From Isurus oxyrinchus (Eukaryota), in the NCBI GenBank assembly GCA_026770705.1, contig JANJGN010000035.1, forward strand, positions 13,144,001-13,208,000: a stretch of 64,000 bases of DNA, given 5' to 3'. Positions 10,904 through 23,700 of the stretch are shown here, piece after piece; within the stretch, counting starts at the first letter, position 1; each line of letters opens with the position of its first letter. Below the pieces are notes generated by a model. That model was not told where the DNA came from. It made no database searches and was given only the letters and a program-made list of their open reading frames with translations. The position numbers and the translations under genes are program-made.

Positions 10904-12989
10904 CTTTTCTTCTCCGCCGATGCTGCCAGACCTGCTGAGTTTTTCCAGGTAATTCTGTTTTTGTTTTGGATTTCCAGCATCCGCAGTTTTTTTGTTTTAT
11001 ATTAGTTTATATCTCATTATGGCTGGCTCACTGGAACATATCAAATTATTGTTCAGTTGAATGGACACATTTAAGATTTAAGTTTGATTAGTTCAAATAT
11101 CACCGTAAAATCTAATTATATTTCACTCCACTAATCGAAGGAAAAGCTCATTCCAATAACCACCCCAAATATGTAAATATTAAAGGTGCAAAAAGCATCA
11201 AAATTGTCTGATTATTTTTCAATAGGAACATTAAATGTCTGATTGTTCTAAGTCCCATATTCTAATTGGGATATCCAAATACCATTCACTCCACTTAATA
11301 GGGTAAATTCCAAATAATGGTCAGGCCCAATTGATGATTTGAAGATTCACTTATTGTATCATTGCTTAATCACATGAAAAGCTACTCAGCTTTTCCAATA
11401 TATTTCTCAGAGTTATTAGCACAGTATTATTGCACATAAGTGGATCACATAATCAAATAAAATCAATTTGAATCTGCTTAACATCAAGTCCAATCAAGTT
11501 TATTTCTAATTATTGTTTGGACAATGATCAAGCAAAGTATTGTTCCAACAGTCCACAACAAACATGGAAGGACTAATAATTACTCAATCAAAATAACTTT
11601 TAAATTGTGGTCAGTGGAATAATGACGCTGATTACCAAAAACCTCTCAGTCAAATTGTCATGATAAATGTCTGATTGCTTCTGGGTCATTTAAATGCAAT
11701 TAATATCCAATAAGTTCCTCAGTCCAGTAATCACCATGAATGTCTAATTATTACTCACTCCAACAATTGCACCAAAAATACTTGATTGTTAATTGCCCTA
11801 ACTACAGCAAATACCAATTGTTACCAGTGCATTCCTCTATCAAATGACTTAATTATGTTTCACCTCATTACTGCTATTAATGTTCATAGATTTCCTTTCC
11901 AATGATCACATGAAATTTGTAAATATTATTTGCACTGACACTGATGTTAATTTGAGATATGGACAGTAGAAACATTTATCATGCCATATTTGTTTATTTG
12001 AATTATCACAATTATTTAGTACTTAACGTCCAGTGAAATAATCACACAGAAAAATCAAATTATTTGTTAATGCCATGAATACACTTTATTTTAAATTATT
12101 GTTCAGTCTGCTAATTGCAGTAAATATCGAGTTCCTGGCAACTTAATTTTTTTGGAAAATATATTAATATTGTTCCCTACAATAAAGAGAGGAAATGCCT
12201 GATTACTTTTCAATGCATGCATCCCATTAAAGATATTTCCATTGTCAATGCACTAATGAAAGTAAATTTTGAATAGTTTTTACACTTTGAAGACATCCAA
12301 ATAATTGTCCATTTGAACAAAAAATTATATTTTTGTTATTGACATTGAAATAAGAATAAGATATTCTATGAGAGTGAATTTCATTTTTAGTACAATGAAA
12401 AGCGTTATCATATATTAGCATTAAGTTTAATAATCAGAATTTATACAAAATTATCTTTATTCTTTTCAAGACTTAGAGACTATCAACTGCATGTTCATTC
12501 CAATAATCACAGTAACAATTATTTGAAATTCATATGATTTAAATGGTGAATAGTAGATTAAACTTTTGTGCTAATAGATAAGCAATTAATTAGTATTGGA
12601 CACTTGTATTTGTGAGTAGATAATTAGATCTTTTCTAATCTGTTGTCCCTCCTCTGTATAGGATGGAAAATCAGTGCTAGCCATTGTGATTAATCGAATA
12701 ATCTATAGTTGGATATTGGAATTGTTTATTGGACTTGGTAATTATTTCAAATGTGTTCTAATGACTGAACTGAGTAAATTTGAACATATATTTAGATTAT
12801 AGTGCAGAAAGCAATTAGCTATTCAGTGTAAGTCTTGAAGTAAAAATAAAAAATAGTTATCTTTTCAGCCATTTGGGTCTAATAATAATGAAATATTCAC
12901 ACTGTTTCTTAAAATGAACATGGGAACGACTTTTGCTGATTCTTTGTCTGGAAATTAATTAATCATGTTTTAAGGTGACAATTGACCTG

Positions 12990-13255
12990 TCTTTCTAACT
13001 TTAAGATCTGTTTGGGACTGTTACCGTATAAGGGATTGTACTTGAGAGTCAGGTTAGATAGGAATTTTAGTATTCAAAATAAAATTAAGTAATTGGAATC
13101 TTACCTATGTGTTGGACGTCTTTTCTTTTGTTAAATAAATATTCTAATTTATTTATTTTTTTACATCTCTTAAGGTCTTGTGGACGTATTGCTTCTGAAT
13201 TCAATTCAAGTGTCCCTCGTCGATTTGATCTGCCAGACACACACCATCTGCCACA
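12990..13255. mobile_element. Non-satellite insertion, possibly an LTR 3' fragment
   Basis: 36-bp periodicity is lost; contains AATAAA; coincides with a jump in higher-order repeat register. Confidence 0.35.
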
Positions 13256-16200
13256 TCATTTCAAATGCTGTTATTGAAATGAATAACTGAATATTTTAAG
13301 GTGTTTACGACCAATGGTAATTAGGAATTTGTTGTAATTATTGTACTGAACATTGAAACATCATTTGCTGTGATTGGAAAATAATTATATTTTACTTCGA
13401 TAATGGAACTGTACAAAATTTTCATTTTAAATTTGTTCACTGGACAGAGCTGTAGTTGGAACGTTCCAAAGAATCTGGAAACAGTTATAATTGACACACA
13501 GTGCTTTTATTGGCCTGAGCAATAATTGGAAAATTACTGTGATTATTGAATTTAACAATATTTAGTATCAAACTCTAATTATTTTCTGTATAATAATTAG
13601 ACACACTGCATTTATCAATGGTAGTAAACTTATATAATTATTGAACATGCTAAACTCAGGAAATGCTGAATTATTACCACTGAATCCACTTCAAAAGGAT
13701 CTCGTTATTGCTCACTGAACTAATCTATTGTTTGCCTTTACAAAAACCACATGGATTCGTACCACAATCAGCAGTATCCACTGCCAGTTCTAAGTTCCTA
13801 GAGTATTTCTAATTATTCAGTTTAGTAACAAAAACATAAAGTCCAAGTCTTGCTTCTTCCGATGATTAGCATAAAGCTTAATTACTTTCCTACCAGGGAT
13901 TAAAGTAAACATCTTTTAAATGTTTAAATCAGAAATCAGAAGGAATATCTAATTATATTATTAGTTAAACATACTCTTAAAAAATCTAATTTAATTTCAC
14001 ATCAATATTAAAATTAGATACATAATTTTGATTAGTCTATTAATCTAACCATATATATAAAAAATTAGTTCAGTTGGATTATAAAATCAAATTTTGAATT
14101 ATTGCAAGTCTATTAAACAATTCTAACACCCACTCTTGATTTCTGCATTATTCATAGTGAGTATCTGCTTATTGTTCAGTCTCATACAGCTAGGAAAAAT
14201 GATACTCATTTAGTGCGGTAAAGGCAGCAAATATGTACTTATTATTCACCCAATATTTATTGTTAGTTTCTAATGACAGGTTAGATAGCAATCACACAAA
14301 TATAACTATGGCTCAATCCAATAATGACAGCAAATATGGAAATTCCCGCAGTCCAATAAAACCTTGGATGCATTAATTCCCTGCTGCTTGTAATCAGGAT
14401 AGTAAATACCTAAGTAAATATCAGTGGATAATCATAGTACATACCGAACATTTTCCAATTCAGAAATCACTGCAAGTGTCTACTTATTTATGGCACTATA
14501 AATACAATCGATTAATTTCATTGCAATAATCAGAGAAAATATATAATTATTTGCCCAGATCAATAATCACCATCATTTTCAAAGATTGCTCTTCCACTAA
14601 TTGAAACAAAGATATTTAATTCAGTAGTCCTCTAATCACAGCTAATATGGAAATTGTAGGAGGTGAAAGCTCTTTGTTAACTTTAATACCAGCACTCAAT
14701 ATCAATTTATTATCTTCCTAGTTATAAAATAAAATGTTGACAATTCTTATGAATCATATCTTTTCTAAAATGAAATTGATTTAGTAATCTTGCTCAGTAT
14801 AATTAAACCAGTAAATACCACATCATTGATTTGTTTAATAATCCGAGTAAATTTATAATCTGCTCAGATCAAAATAGTTGGAAACATCGATGATAATTCA
14901 GTACAACAAACACAGTAAATGTCTAATATTTCATCAAAGGAAAATGTAAACATATCTGAAATTTTTCAGTGCAATGATAACACAAAAATAACCTAATTAT
15001 TCTTCTGTCCAATAACCATAGTAAACATCTGAATATTGCGCAGTTCAAATAACTCAGTAAACATTGAATTAATGTTCAGCACAGTAAAACCTAAATTATT
15101 TTTTTGTCCAATACTTACAGATTATTTCCAAACGTTGCTCTGTCCGATAATCACTGTAAATGCCTAATTATTGTTCAGGCTGCCACTAGTAGTAGATATC
15201 TCATTATTGCCAGTCCATATTCTTGGTAAGTTTTTAATTATTATTTGGTTCGGTAAACAATGTTATGATCTAAGTTTTGCCAGGTTCAATTGTCATCATA
15301 GAATCTAATAATATTTCACTCCAGTGTCGAAAGAAATGTTCAGCCCAATAATTACCCCAAATATCTAAATAATATTAGTCCAAAAAGCATTGAAGATATC
15401 TAATTATATTTCAATACAAGCATTCATTATCTAATTATTTAAGTCCCATATTCTAACTGTATATCCAAATGCCATTCACTCCACTTGATAGAGTAAATTT
15501 CAAATAATTGTCACTCCCAATCAATAAGATGGAAAATCATTTATTGTATCATTGACTAATCACTGTGAAAATCTGTTTTTTTCAGCAAAATGCTGAGGCA
15601 TGTCACTACATTATTATTGAACATCAAGAGAGCAAATAACAAATTCAATTTCAATCTACTCATCATCAGGCCCCCCCAAAAAAGTTCTAAGTTTTGTCCA
15701 GATGATAATCAAAAGAAATATGTGTTGTTCTTTTGAATGCTCTCAGTACATGTGGACATTTCGAGAGCCAAACAAAAAACAAAAAAGGACTAATAATTGT
15801 TATGTTCCCTGACCACAGCGAATGCAAGATTGTTACCAGTGCAATATTATTTCAAATGATTTAACTATGTTTCACCCCGCTATTACCATTAAATATTGAT
15901 AGTTTTCCTTTCCAATAATCTCAAAGAATGTCAAAATATTGTTTGCTCTAATACTGTCATTAATTTAAGATTTTTTTACACAGTCAAAACATTTAGCGGA
16001 ACCTTTTTGTTCATTCCAATGATCACAATGCACAAAAACTTATTGTCTGGTCAAATAATCAAGCAGAAACATCAAATTACTTTTCACTGCCATAAACACA
16101 GTTTGTTTAAAATTCACTTTGTTAATGACAGTAAATCTCCAATTCCTTCCAGTCTTTATTTTTTTGGAAAGAATCTTAATATTGTTCTTTCCTGTAATTG

Positions 16201-17467
16201 GAGGAAAGGTCTGAATACTTTTCAATGCATGAACCCCACAAAAGATATTTTTAATTTTCAATCCACCAATTAATGTGAATTACTAATACCTATCATTAAA
16301 AACAGTGAAATTATCCAAATAACAACTTAATCAAATACTGTATGTACTGTTCACATTGCAATGAACTCACAATATTTATGTTATTCTGTCTATATGTGTG
16401 ATTTTCATCATTTCACGATGTAAAACTGCATCCTATGATATTATTACTAATTTTAATAACCATAATAAATATCAAATTCTCCTTTTCTTCTGTTCAAGAC
16501 ACACATTGAGTACCTACTTATTGATCATTGTAATTATCAGAGCAGCAAATATGTGAAATTCGAATGATTTAAACAGTGAACAATAGGTTTAAATTGTGTG
16601 ATTGTTAGAACACAATAAATAGATATTCAACAGCTGTATTTGTGGGAAAATAATATATTTTCTAAGAATTTTCTACTGGAAACTATGATATTTTCTGTCA
16701 TTAGAGAACAGAACAGCTAAATATTGTTGCTGAAATTAATGAGCTCAGAAACAATTGCACACTTATGCTGATAATTTGGCTGAATAAAGTTAGATCTTTG
16801 CTCTGATTAATTCATGGAAAAATGTTTGAATACTAATTGTATTTCAAGGACCTAAAAGTATTAATATTCACTGTGATTTTTCGATTAAAAATTAATTAAA
16901 CCACTGGCCTTAAGTCAGAAATGTACTGTGAGGATTACACAGAATGATAATTAATCACTACATGTTTTTAATTAGACTTTAAAAATGTACACGTTTATTC
17001 TGATTATTCAATTTAATGACAATTATATCTACATTGATTATTATCTGAAAAATACTTAGAAGTGCACTGTAAGTACTGGACTTAGTATATGGTTCCAACC
17101 ATTATTAGTTTGAAAATCTAATGATAACTTGCTGTGTATATTTGTTACAATATCCAGGTGTCAATACTTTGCATTAGGCTGAAAATTCGATAGATTATCA
17201 ATTCAACGAAATAACAACTGGATGTAACATTTGATTACTAGACTTGGTAATAAATGGAAATTTCTACTGATAATTGTACTGAATAATATTTCAACATGCA
17301 TTTAGATTAGTAGACTAAAAACTTTTAGATGCTTAAACATAATTTTGGTGCTAAAATAAATCATTATTTTCAAGGTGTTCTGATTAATAAAAATTCTATG
17401 CTTGTAGCCATCACTGGACAAAAAAATATATCCGAATTATGCCGTTCTAAACAAATGTTCCTCATAC

Positions 17468-17793
17468 ACTGCGGCTGCAAGCCCTAGCCACCCTTAGTGC
17501 TTCCTCCAAGTGGTGCAAGTGGTGGGTAGTACGTGGTAGTCAGCAGGAAGTGTCCTTGCCCATGTTTGACTTAATTCCATGAGATTTCATGGCGTTGGTT
17601 TCGATGTGGATGACTCCCAGAGCAGCTCGTTCTCGACTGTGACGCCACCTCTGCTGGGTCTGTAATTCAAGTGAGACAGGACATACCAGGGATAGTGATG
17701 GTGGTGTCTGTGAGATAGTCATACTCACAGAGCCATACCTTACAGACAATAGCAGGCTGTTGCTTGACGCGTCTGTGAGAAAACTCTCTCAAA
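17468..17793 (-). mobile_element. LINE (CR1-group) endonuclease fragment, decayed
   Basis: GC-richer island; minus-strand peptides SHRRVKQQP, DTTITIPG, RPSRGG, ALGVIHI, VKHGQGHFLLTTTY resemble an AP-endonuclease N-terminus. Confidence 0.7.
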
Positions 17794-20700
17794 TGAGAAA
17801 GAAAAAAGATGTGTAATGCTTGTACTGAAGTAAAAGATAATCTGATATTTTGAAGGCGTTTTGGACTGATAGTAATTCGGAATTTATTGTAATTATTAGA
17901 ATAAACGTTCACACATCTGTGTGTTTCAGCGACTGAAAAACAAGTGGATTTTGCTTTCATAATGGGGATAAACAATATTTTCATTTGAAATTTGTTCATT
18001 GGAGAGAACGGCAATCAGAAATTTCTGTAGAAACTGGAACCAATTATAATTTGATCCTTATTGGTGTTATTAGCCTGAACAATAATTAGAAAAACAACTG
18101 ATTATTATACTCTGCAATATTTGCCATCAAACGCTGATTATAGTCTGTATAATAATTCAGCACCACTGCATTTATTCAAATGTACAGAAACCATCACAGA
18201 AAATACCTGAATGATCAGTGAAATACTCAAACTAAATATCTAAGAATTGTTAATTAAGGAATAACATTTAATATCTAATTACTTCATACACTTTAAATGA
18301 AATACTAGCTAAAACATTTTTCAGTGCGCTTGTTCCATAAGATCTCTATTTTTTAGTACAATTATCACAATAAATGTCTAAATATTGCTCAGTACGTCAA
18401 CTGTAGTGAACTAATTTCATTGTCCAATACGCTAATCACAGGAAATGCAGAATTATTACCAGTGAATCCACTCCGAAACAATTTCATTGCTGTTCACTTC
18501 AATACCAGCAGAAAAGATCGACTGATAGCGTTTTCGACAATCGCACAAATTCAGAGCACAAATGGCAGGATCCATTGCCAGTTCCAAGTTCCGGAATATT
18601 TCAAATTATTGTTCAGCTCAGTAAGAAAACTAGAAAGTTCAAGTATTGCTTCTTCCGATTATCATCATAAAGTGTAATTATTTTCCTAGCAGGAATTGCA
18701 GTAATGTTCAGGTCAAAGAAAGAAAATCTAACTGTGTTATTCGTCAAAGCACTTAATATATCTAATTCCTTTTACCTTCAATTATAATGTTAAATATCTA
18801 ATTGCTTTTAGCCCATTACTCTAACCATATGTCAACATTTAGTTCAGTTGGGTTATCAAATCAAATTTTGAATTATTGAAAGTCCAATAAAAAAAAAATC
18901 TAATATCCATTATTGTTTTCTACGTTAATCATGGTGAGTATCTGCTCATTGTTCAGCCTGATACAGATAGGGAAACTCAATAAACTCATTTAGTGTAATA
19001 ACAGGGTAAATATCTACCTATTACTCAGCCCAATAATTACAGTTGATTTCTAATTGTGACAACAATAACACAAATATAACTATTGTTCCATCAAAAAATA
19101 GCTTGCGGCCGTCCAGTAAAACGTTGAAGGTATTAATTTCTTGTTCCATGTAAGCAGCATAGTGAATATCTAAGAAAATATAATTGGATATGGTAAATAC
19201 CTTAAAAATTGCAATTGAGGAATCACTGCAAGTATCTAATTATTTTGTCACTATAAATACAATCGGCATTTAATCAATTTCAATGTAATACCCAGAGTAC
19301 ATATATCATAATTTGCACAGTTCAATAATCACCATAAATTTTCAACAATTACGGCTCCACTAATTAAGTGAAGAGATTTAATTCGGCAACATACTAACAC
19401 TCGCTAATATGGCAATAGTATGAGCTCAAATCTCTTTATTAACCTCAACACTAACATTAAATATCCATTTGTCGTTTTCTTCCTTATTATCAAACCAATG
19501 GTCAAACAATCATATGAATAATTTATTTCTTCACATGATATGAATTTAATATTCTTGCTGAGTACAATAATACCAGTAAGTATCAAATTATTGTGTTGTT
19601 CAATAATCAGAGTGAAATTAAAATCTGGACAGATCCAAGCACTTGGAAACATCTACGCTTGTTCAGTCCAATAATCACAGTAGACATCCAATATCTATTC
19701 TATCAAAGGATCAACGGAAACACATCTGTTTTTTTTCAATTCAATAATGACAATGAATATCTAAGTGTTATGAGTCCACTGGGCTTGGAATACCTTACAT
19801 GTTTTAATAAATACACTTAAATACATGCTTTTAACATGCTATTCACTATCATTTCAGTTATCACACATTAATCACACAATTTTAAATATTCCAGTTGACA
19901 AATATAGTAACTTTCAAATTATTGTTTAATGGAACTGAAACCGGTAACATACCAATATCTCTTCATTATGTGGTAACAATAGAAGTCTCTTCTTTGCAGT
20001 GAAATACACGAACAAATGAGCTAACTATTCTTCACTTCTGTCATCATGGTAGACTGATTATTGCTCACTTCAATTAACTCATTAAACATTGAATTATTGT
20101 TCAGCCCATTAAAGTTTTCGAATTTGGGATTATTTTTCAGGCTAATGCGCGCAGTTTTTTTCCTAAATGTTGCTCAGCCCAAAAATTACTGTAAATGTTT
20201 AATTATTGTTTACACTACTACTAGCAGTGTATACCTGATTATTGTTGGATAACTTTCTTGGAAAACGTCTAATTGTTGTTTGCCTGTGTAAACAAATTGA
20301 GATCTACGTTTTGCTTAGTTCAATTATCATTGTAAAATGTATTTTACTCCAGTATGGAAGGAAAAGCTAAGTCCACTAATTACACCAAATATCTAAATAT
20401 TATTGGTCCAATATCATTGAATATATCTGATTACTTTTCAATAGAAACGTTAAATGTCTAATTGTTATCAGTCCCATTATATAAGTGCATATCAAAGTAC
20501 AGTTTACTCCACTTAAAAGAGAAAATTTGAAATAATTGTGATGTCCAATCAACAATTCGATCATTTTCTAATTGTCTCGTTGATTAATCACAGCAAAACC
20601 TATTTATCTTTCAGCACATTGCTGAGAGTTCTCATCATCTCATTACTGCTCATAAATGCAGCAAAGAACCAACTCTACTTGACTCTACTTATCATCAAGT

Positions 20701-23700
20701 GCTATCAAGTTTTCTTTCTAATTATTGTTTAGTAAATAATCAAACGACATTTACGTCTTGCTCATAATAAATGCTCACAATAACTATGCAGAATTTCGAC
20801 CTTCCAAAAAAACTTGGGGCTAAGTATTGTTCCATGCAGTCAATATGATAAATATTTAAATTGTGATCAGTAGAATAATCATGTTGATTACCCAAGCCTT
20901 CTCAATCGAAATATCACTGCAAATATCTAATTGCTTCTTGCTCATTTAAGTGCAATGACATTTTAATAATTTATTCTGTCCAGTAATCACCATGAATGTC
21001 TAATTGACACTCACTCTAATAATTGTACCAATATTATTTAATTGCTAATTGGGCTAACCACAGGAAATGCCCAATGTTACCAGTGGAATACACTTCCAAA
21101 TGATTTAGTTACTATAAAATAGCGATATATTTCCTATCCAGTAATCACATGAAATGTCTAAACATTGTTTGCACTAACGATTATGTTCAGTTCAATTTTT
21201 TTTTTTACGGACAGTAACAACATTTAACATGCCATTGTTGTTTATGTCCGGAATCACAGTACACAAGTATTTATTGTCCAGTCAAAGAATCATACAGAAG
21301 CATCAAAATATTTTTTCAGTATCATAAACACAGAACATTTAAAATTATTGTTCAGTTTGTTAACCACGGTTTAGCATCAAATTCCTGCCAGACTTTTTTT
21401 TGAAATCATCTTAATATCGCTCTTTCCGAGAATCAGAGGAAAGTTCTGATTACTTTTCAATGCATGCATCCCACTGAAGATATTTTCCATTTTCAATACA
21501 CTAATGAAGGAGAATTTCTAATAGTTAACAGCACTAACATTTTGAAAACTTTCAAATAAATGTTCAATTGAATACATTGCACTAATTGTTCAACTGACAT
21601 TATAATAAGCAGACAATATTCTTTTCATTATTCTGTCTAGCACAGTGAATTTCATTTTTAGTACAACAAAAAATGTTATCCAACGAATTTGGTGTTTAAT
21701 AATCGCAATAGATGCCATTTTCTTTTCACTTCAAGACATATTAAGACTATCTACTTATTGTTCATTCCAATAATCACAGTGACACTTATTTTGAATTCAA
21801 AATATTTAAACGGTGAACAGTAGATTAAAATTTGTTGAGAGCAGGTAAGCAATTAATAGATATTCAACATTCCATTCAAGTGGAGGCAATTCGATCTTTT
21901 CTAAGGCTTTTCCATTTGAACTCATACAATATTCTCTCTGGTGATGGGACAGAACAATTAAATATTTTTGCTGCAATAAATGAACTTAGAAATAATTACA
22001 CATTTATAGTTATAATTAAGTTAAAAAAAGATATTTGATCTGGATATTTCATCAAAAATGATTTGAATACTAATTGTATTTCAAGGACCCAAAACTAATA
22101 AACATTTACTGTGATCTTTCGATTGAACATTATATGATTCTACTGGCCTTAAGTCAGAAATGTGCTGTGATGATTACAAAGAATTATAATTAATCATTTC
22201 AATTAGGCTTTCGAAGTTTAAAAGTTCACTCTTATTATTGGGTTTAATTCCAAATGTATCTACATTGATAATGATCTGAATGATTCTTAGAAATGAAGTG
22301 TAAGTACGGGACATAGTACATGCTTCCATCCCTTAATACTTTGGAAAGAAAAGGAAAATTCCCTGTGTTTATGTTAATACTTTGTACTGAACATTTAGTA
22401 ACTTATCAATGTGAATATTCAATGAAATGCTAAGCAAATATTACATTTGTTTATTAGACTTGGCGATAAATGGGATTTTCTACTGATGAATGGACTGAAC
22501 ATTATTTGAACATTCAGTTAGATTAGTCGATTTAAACATTTAGCGGTTAAAACTTATTTTTAACATTAAAATAATTGGTTATTTTCAAAGTGATCTGATT
22601 AATAATAGCAGTACATTTGTAACTTTTATTGGACAAAAAGTAAAAACATATTTTTGGTGTTCCCAAATTGAACAAATGTTCAACCTTTAATGTAATTATC
22701 AGAGCAGGCAATACTAGATATTCCTAAGAATTTAGAACTGTCTGGGCTTCTATAATTTCTCTGATTATTCATCTAAACAAAGATGAGATGTAGATAGCTT
22801 TTATCATACCGAGCAACGGCATGAAATGCATTTGATTTTTACAAGATTAAGATATTTTGTGTAGTTATTGGAAAGTCATTAGAGAGGTGATTAACGTTTG
22901 TTTTAAAGTGAAAAATAATTTGATATTTTCAGAGAAGTTGCCCTGATAACAAATCGATATAAGCGGTAATTTTTAAATTAAAGAAATTAACAGCTTTACT
23001 GCAATTGATAGACTGAGTATTAATCATGCATTTATGATAATTATTGGAGAGAATAAATTATTAGATATCTACTCTGTTTATTGGACTGAAAAAATGATAA
23101 ATTCTGATTGTGCTTATAGGACCAAAAATAGTCACTTAATAATCCTTAGACATATACTAGGATTATTCTAATCATAATTTAAGTACTTAATGTGGTAATT
23201 ACACAGAAGAAGTAATTACTTTTTCATGCATTTATTGGACTGCCAAAATTCACATATTTGCTGCAATTAGTTGTTTGAAGAATAATTATTGTCTGAACTG
23301 TAATTTGAAACTTACAGCATTTATTGGACTGCATATTGACTGCATTTCTGCAGTTGGGAATAATTTAATTATAACGTCTCCTCTCTGTAAAGGGCTGAAA
23401 ATCAGTGCTAGTCACTGTGATTAATCAGGTAACCAATAATTGGATCTTAGAATTGTTTATTGGATTTATTAATTATTTGAAATGTGTTCTAATGACTGGA
23501 CTGAATTATATTTGGACATTTGCTAAGTTTATAGTGCTGAAAAGATTTAGCTATCTGGTTTAAGTGTTGAAACAAAAAAAAAAACATTAGTTATCTTCTC
23601 AATCATTCTGGACAAATAATACCTTGATATTCACTCTGTTTCTTGAAATGATCATGTGGAAGACTTTTACTGTGATTCGTGTTCTGGAAAATAATCATGT

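Larger units (their letters stand above)
8158..11003 (+). mobile_element. Penelope-like retroelement (probably Neptune-type), 5'-truncated, with inverted partial pLTR at the 5' end
   Basis: 14-bp TSD AGTTTATATCTCAT (8144-8157 and 11004-11017); 8158-8283 is the near-perfect reverse complement of ~10839-10965; RT-GIY-YIG ORF inside; empty-site paralogue at ~15155-15215. Confidence 0.95.

Noticed and set aside
8124-10952. Overlapping alternative ORFs (251, 151, 125, 117, 116 aa etc.) around the PLE
   Set aside because: Shadow frames of a C/T-rich coding strand; no recognisable domains.
8158-11003. DNA transposon, suggested by ~125-bp terminal inverted repeats
   Set aside because: It encodes RT and GIY-YIG, not a transposase. 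The inverted ends are asymmetric (extra 3' tail), as in Penelope-type insertions.
21770-21810. V(D)J recombination signal heptamers (CACAGTG/CACTGTG) scattered through the array
   Set aside because: They are one-base variants of the monomer's CACAGTA. I saw no ACAAAAACC nonamer at 12/23 spacing and no V, D or J coding segments.
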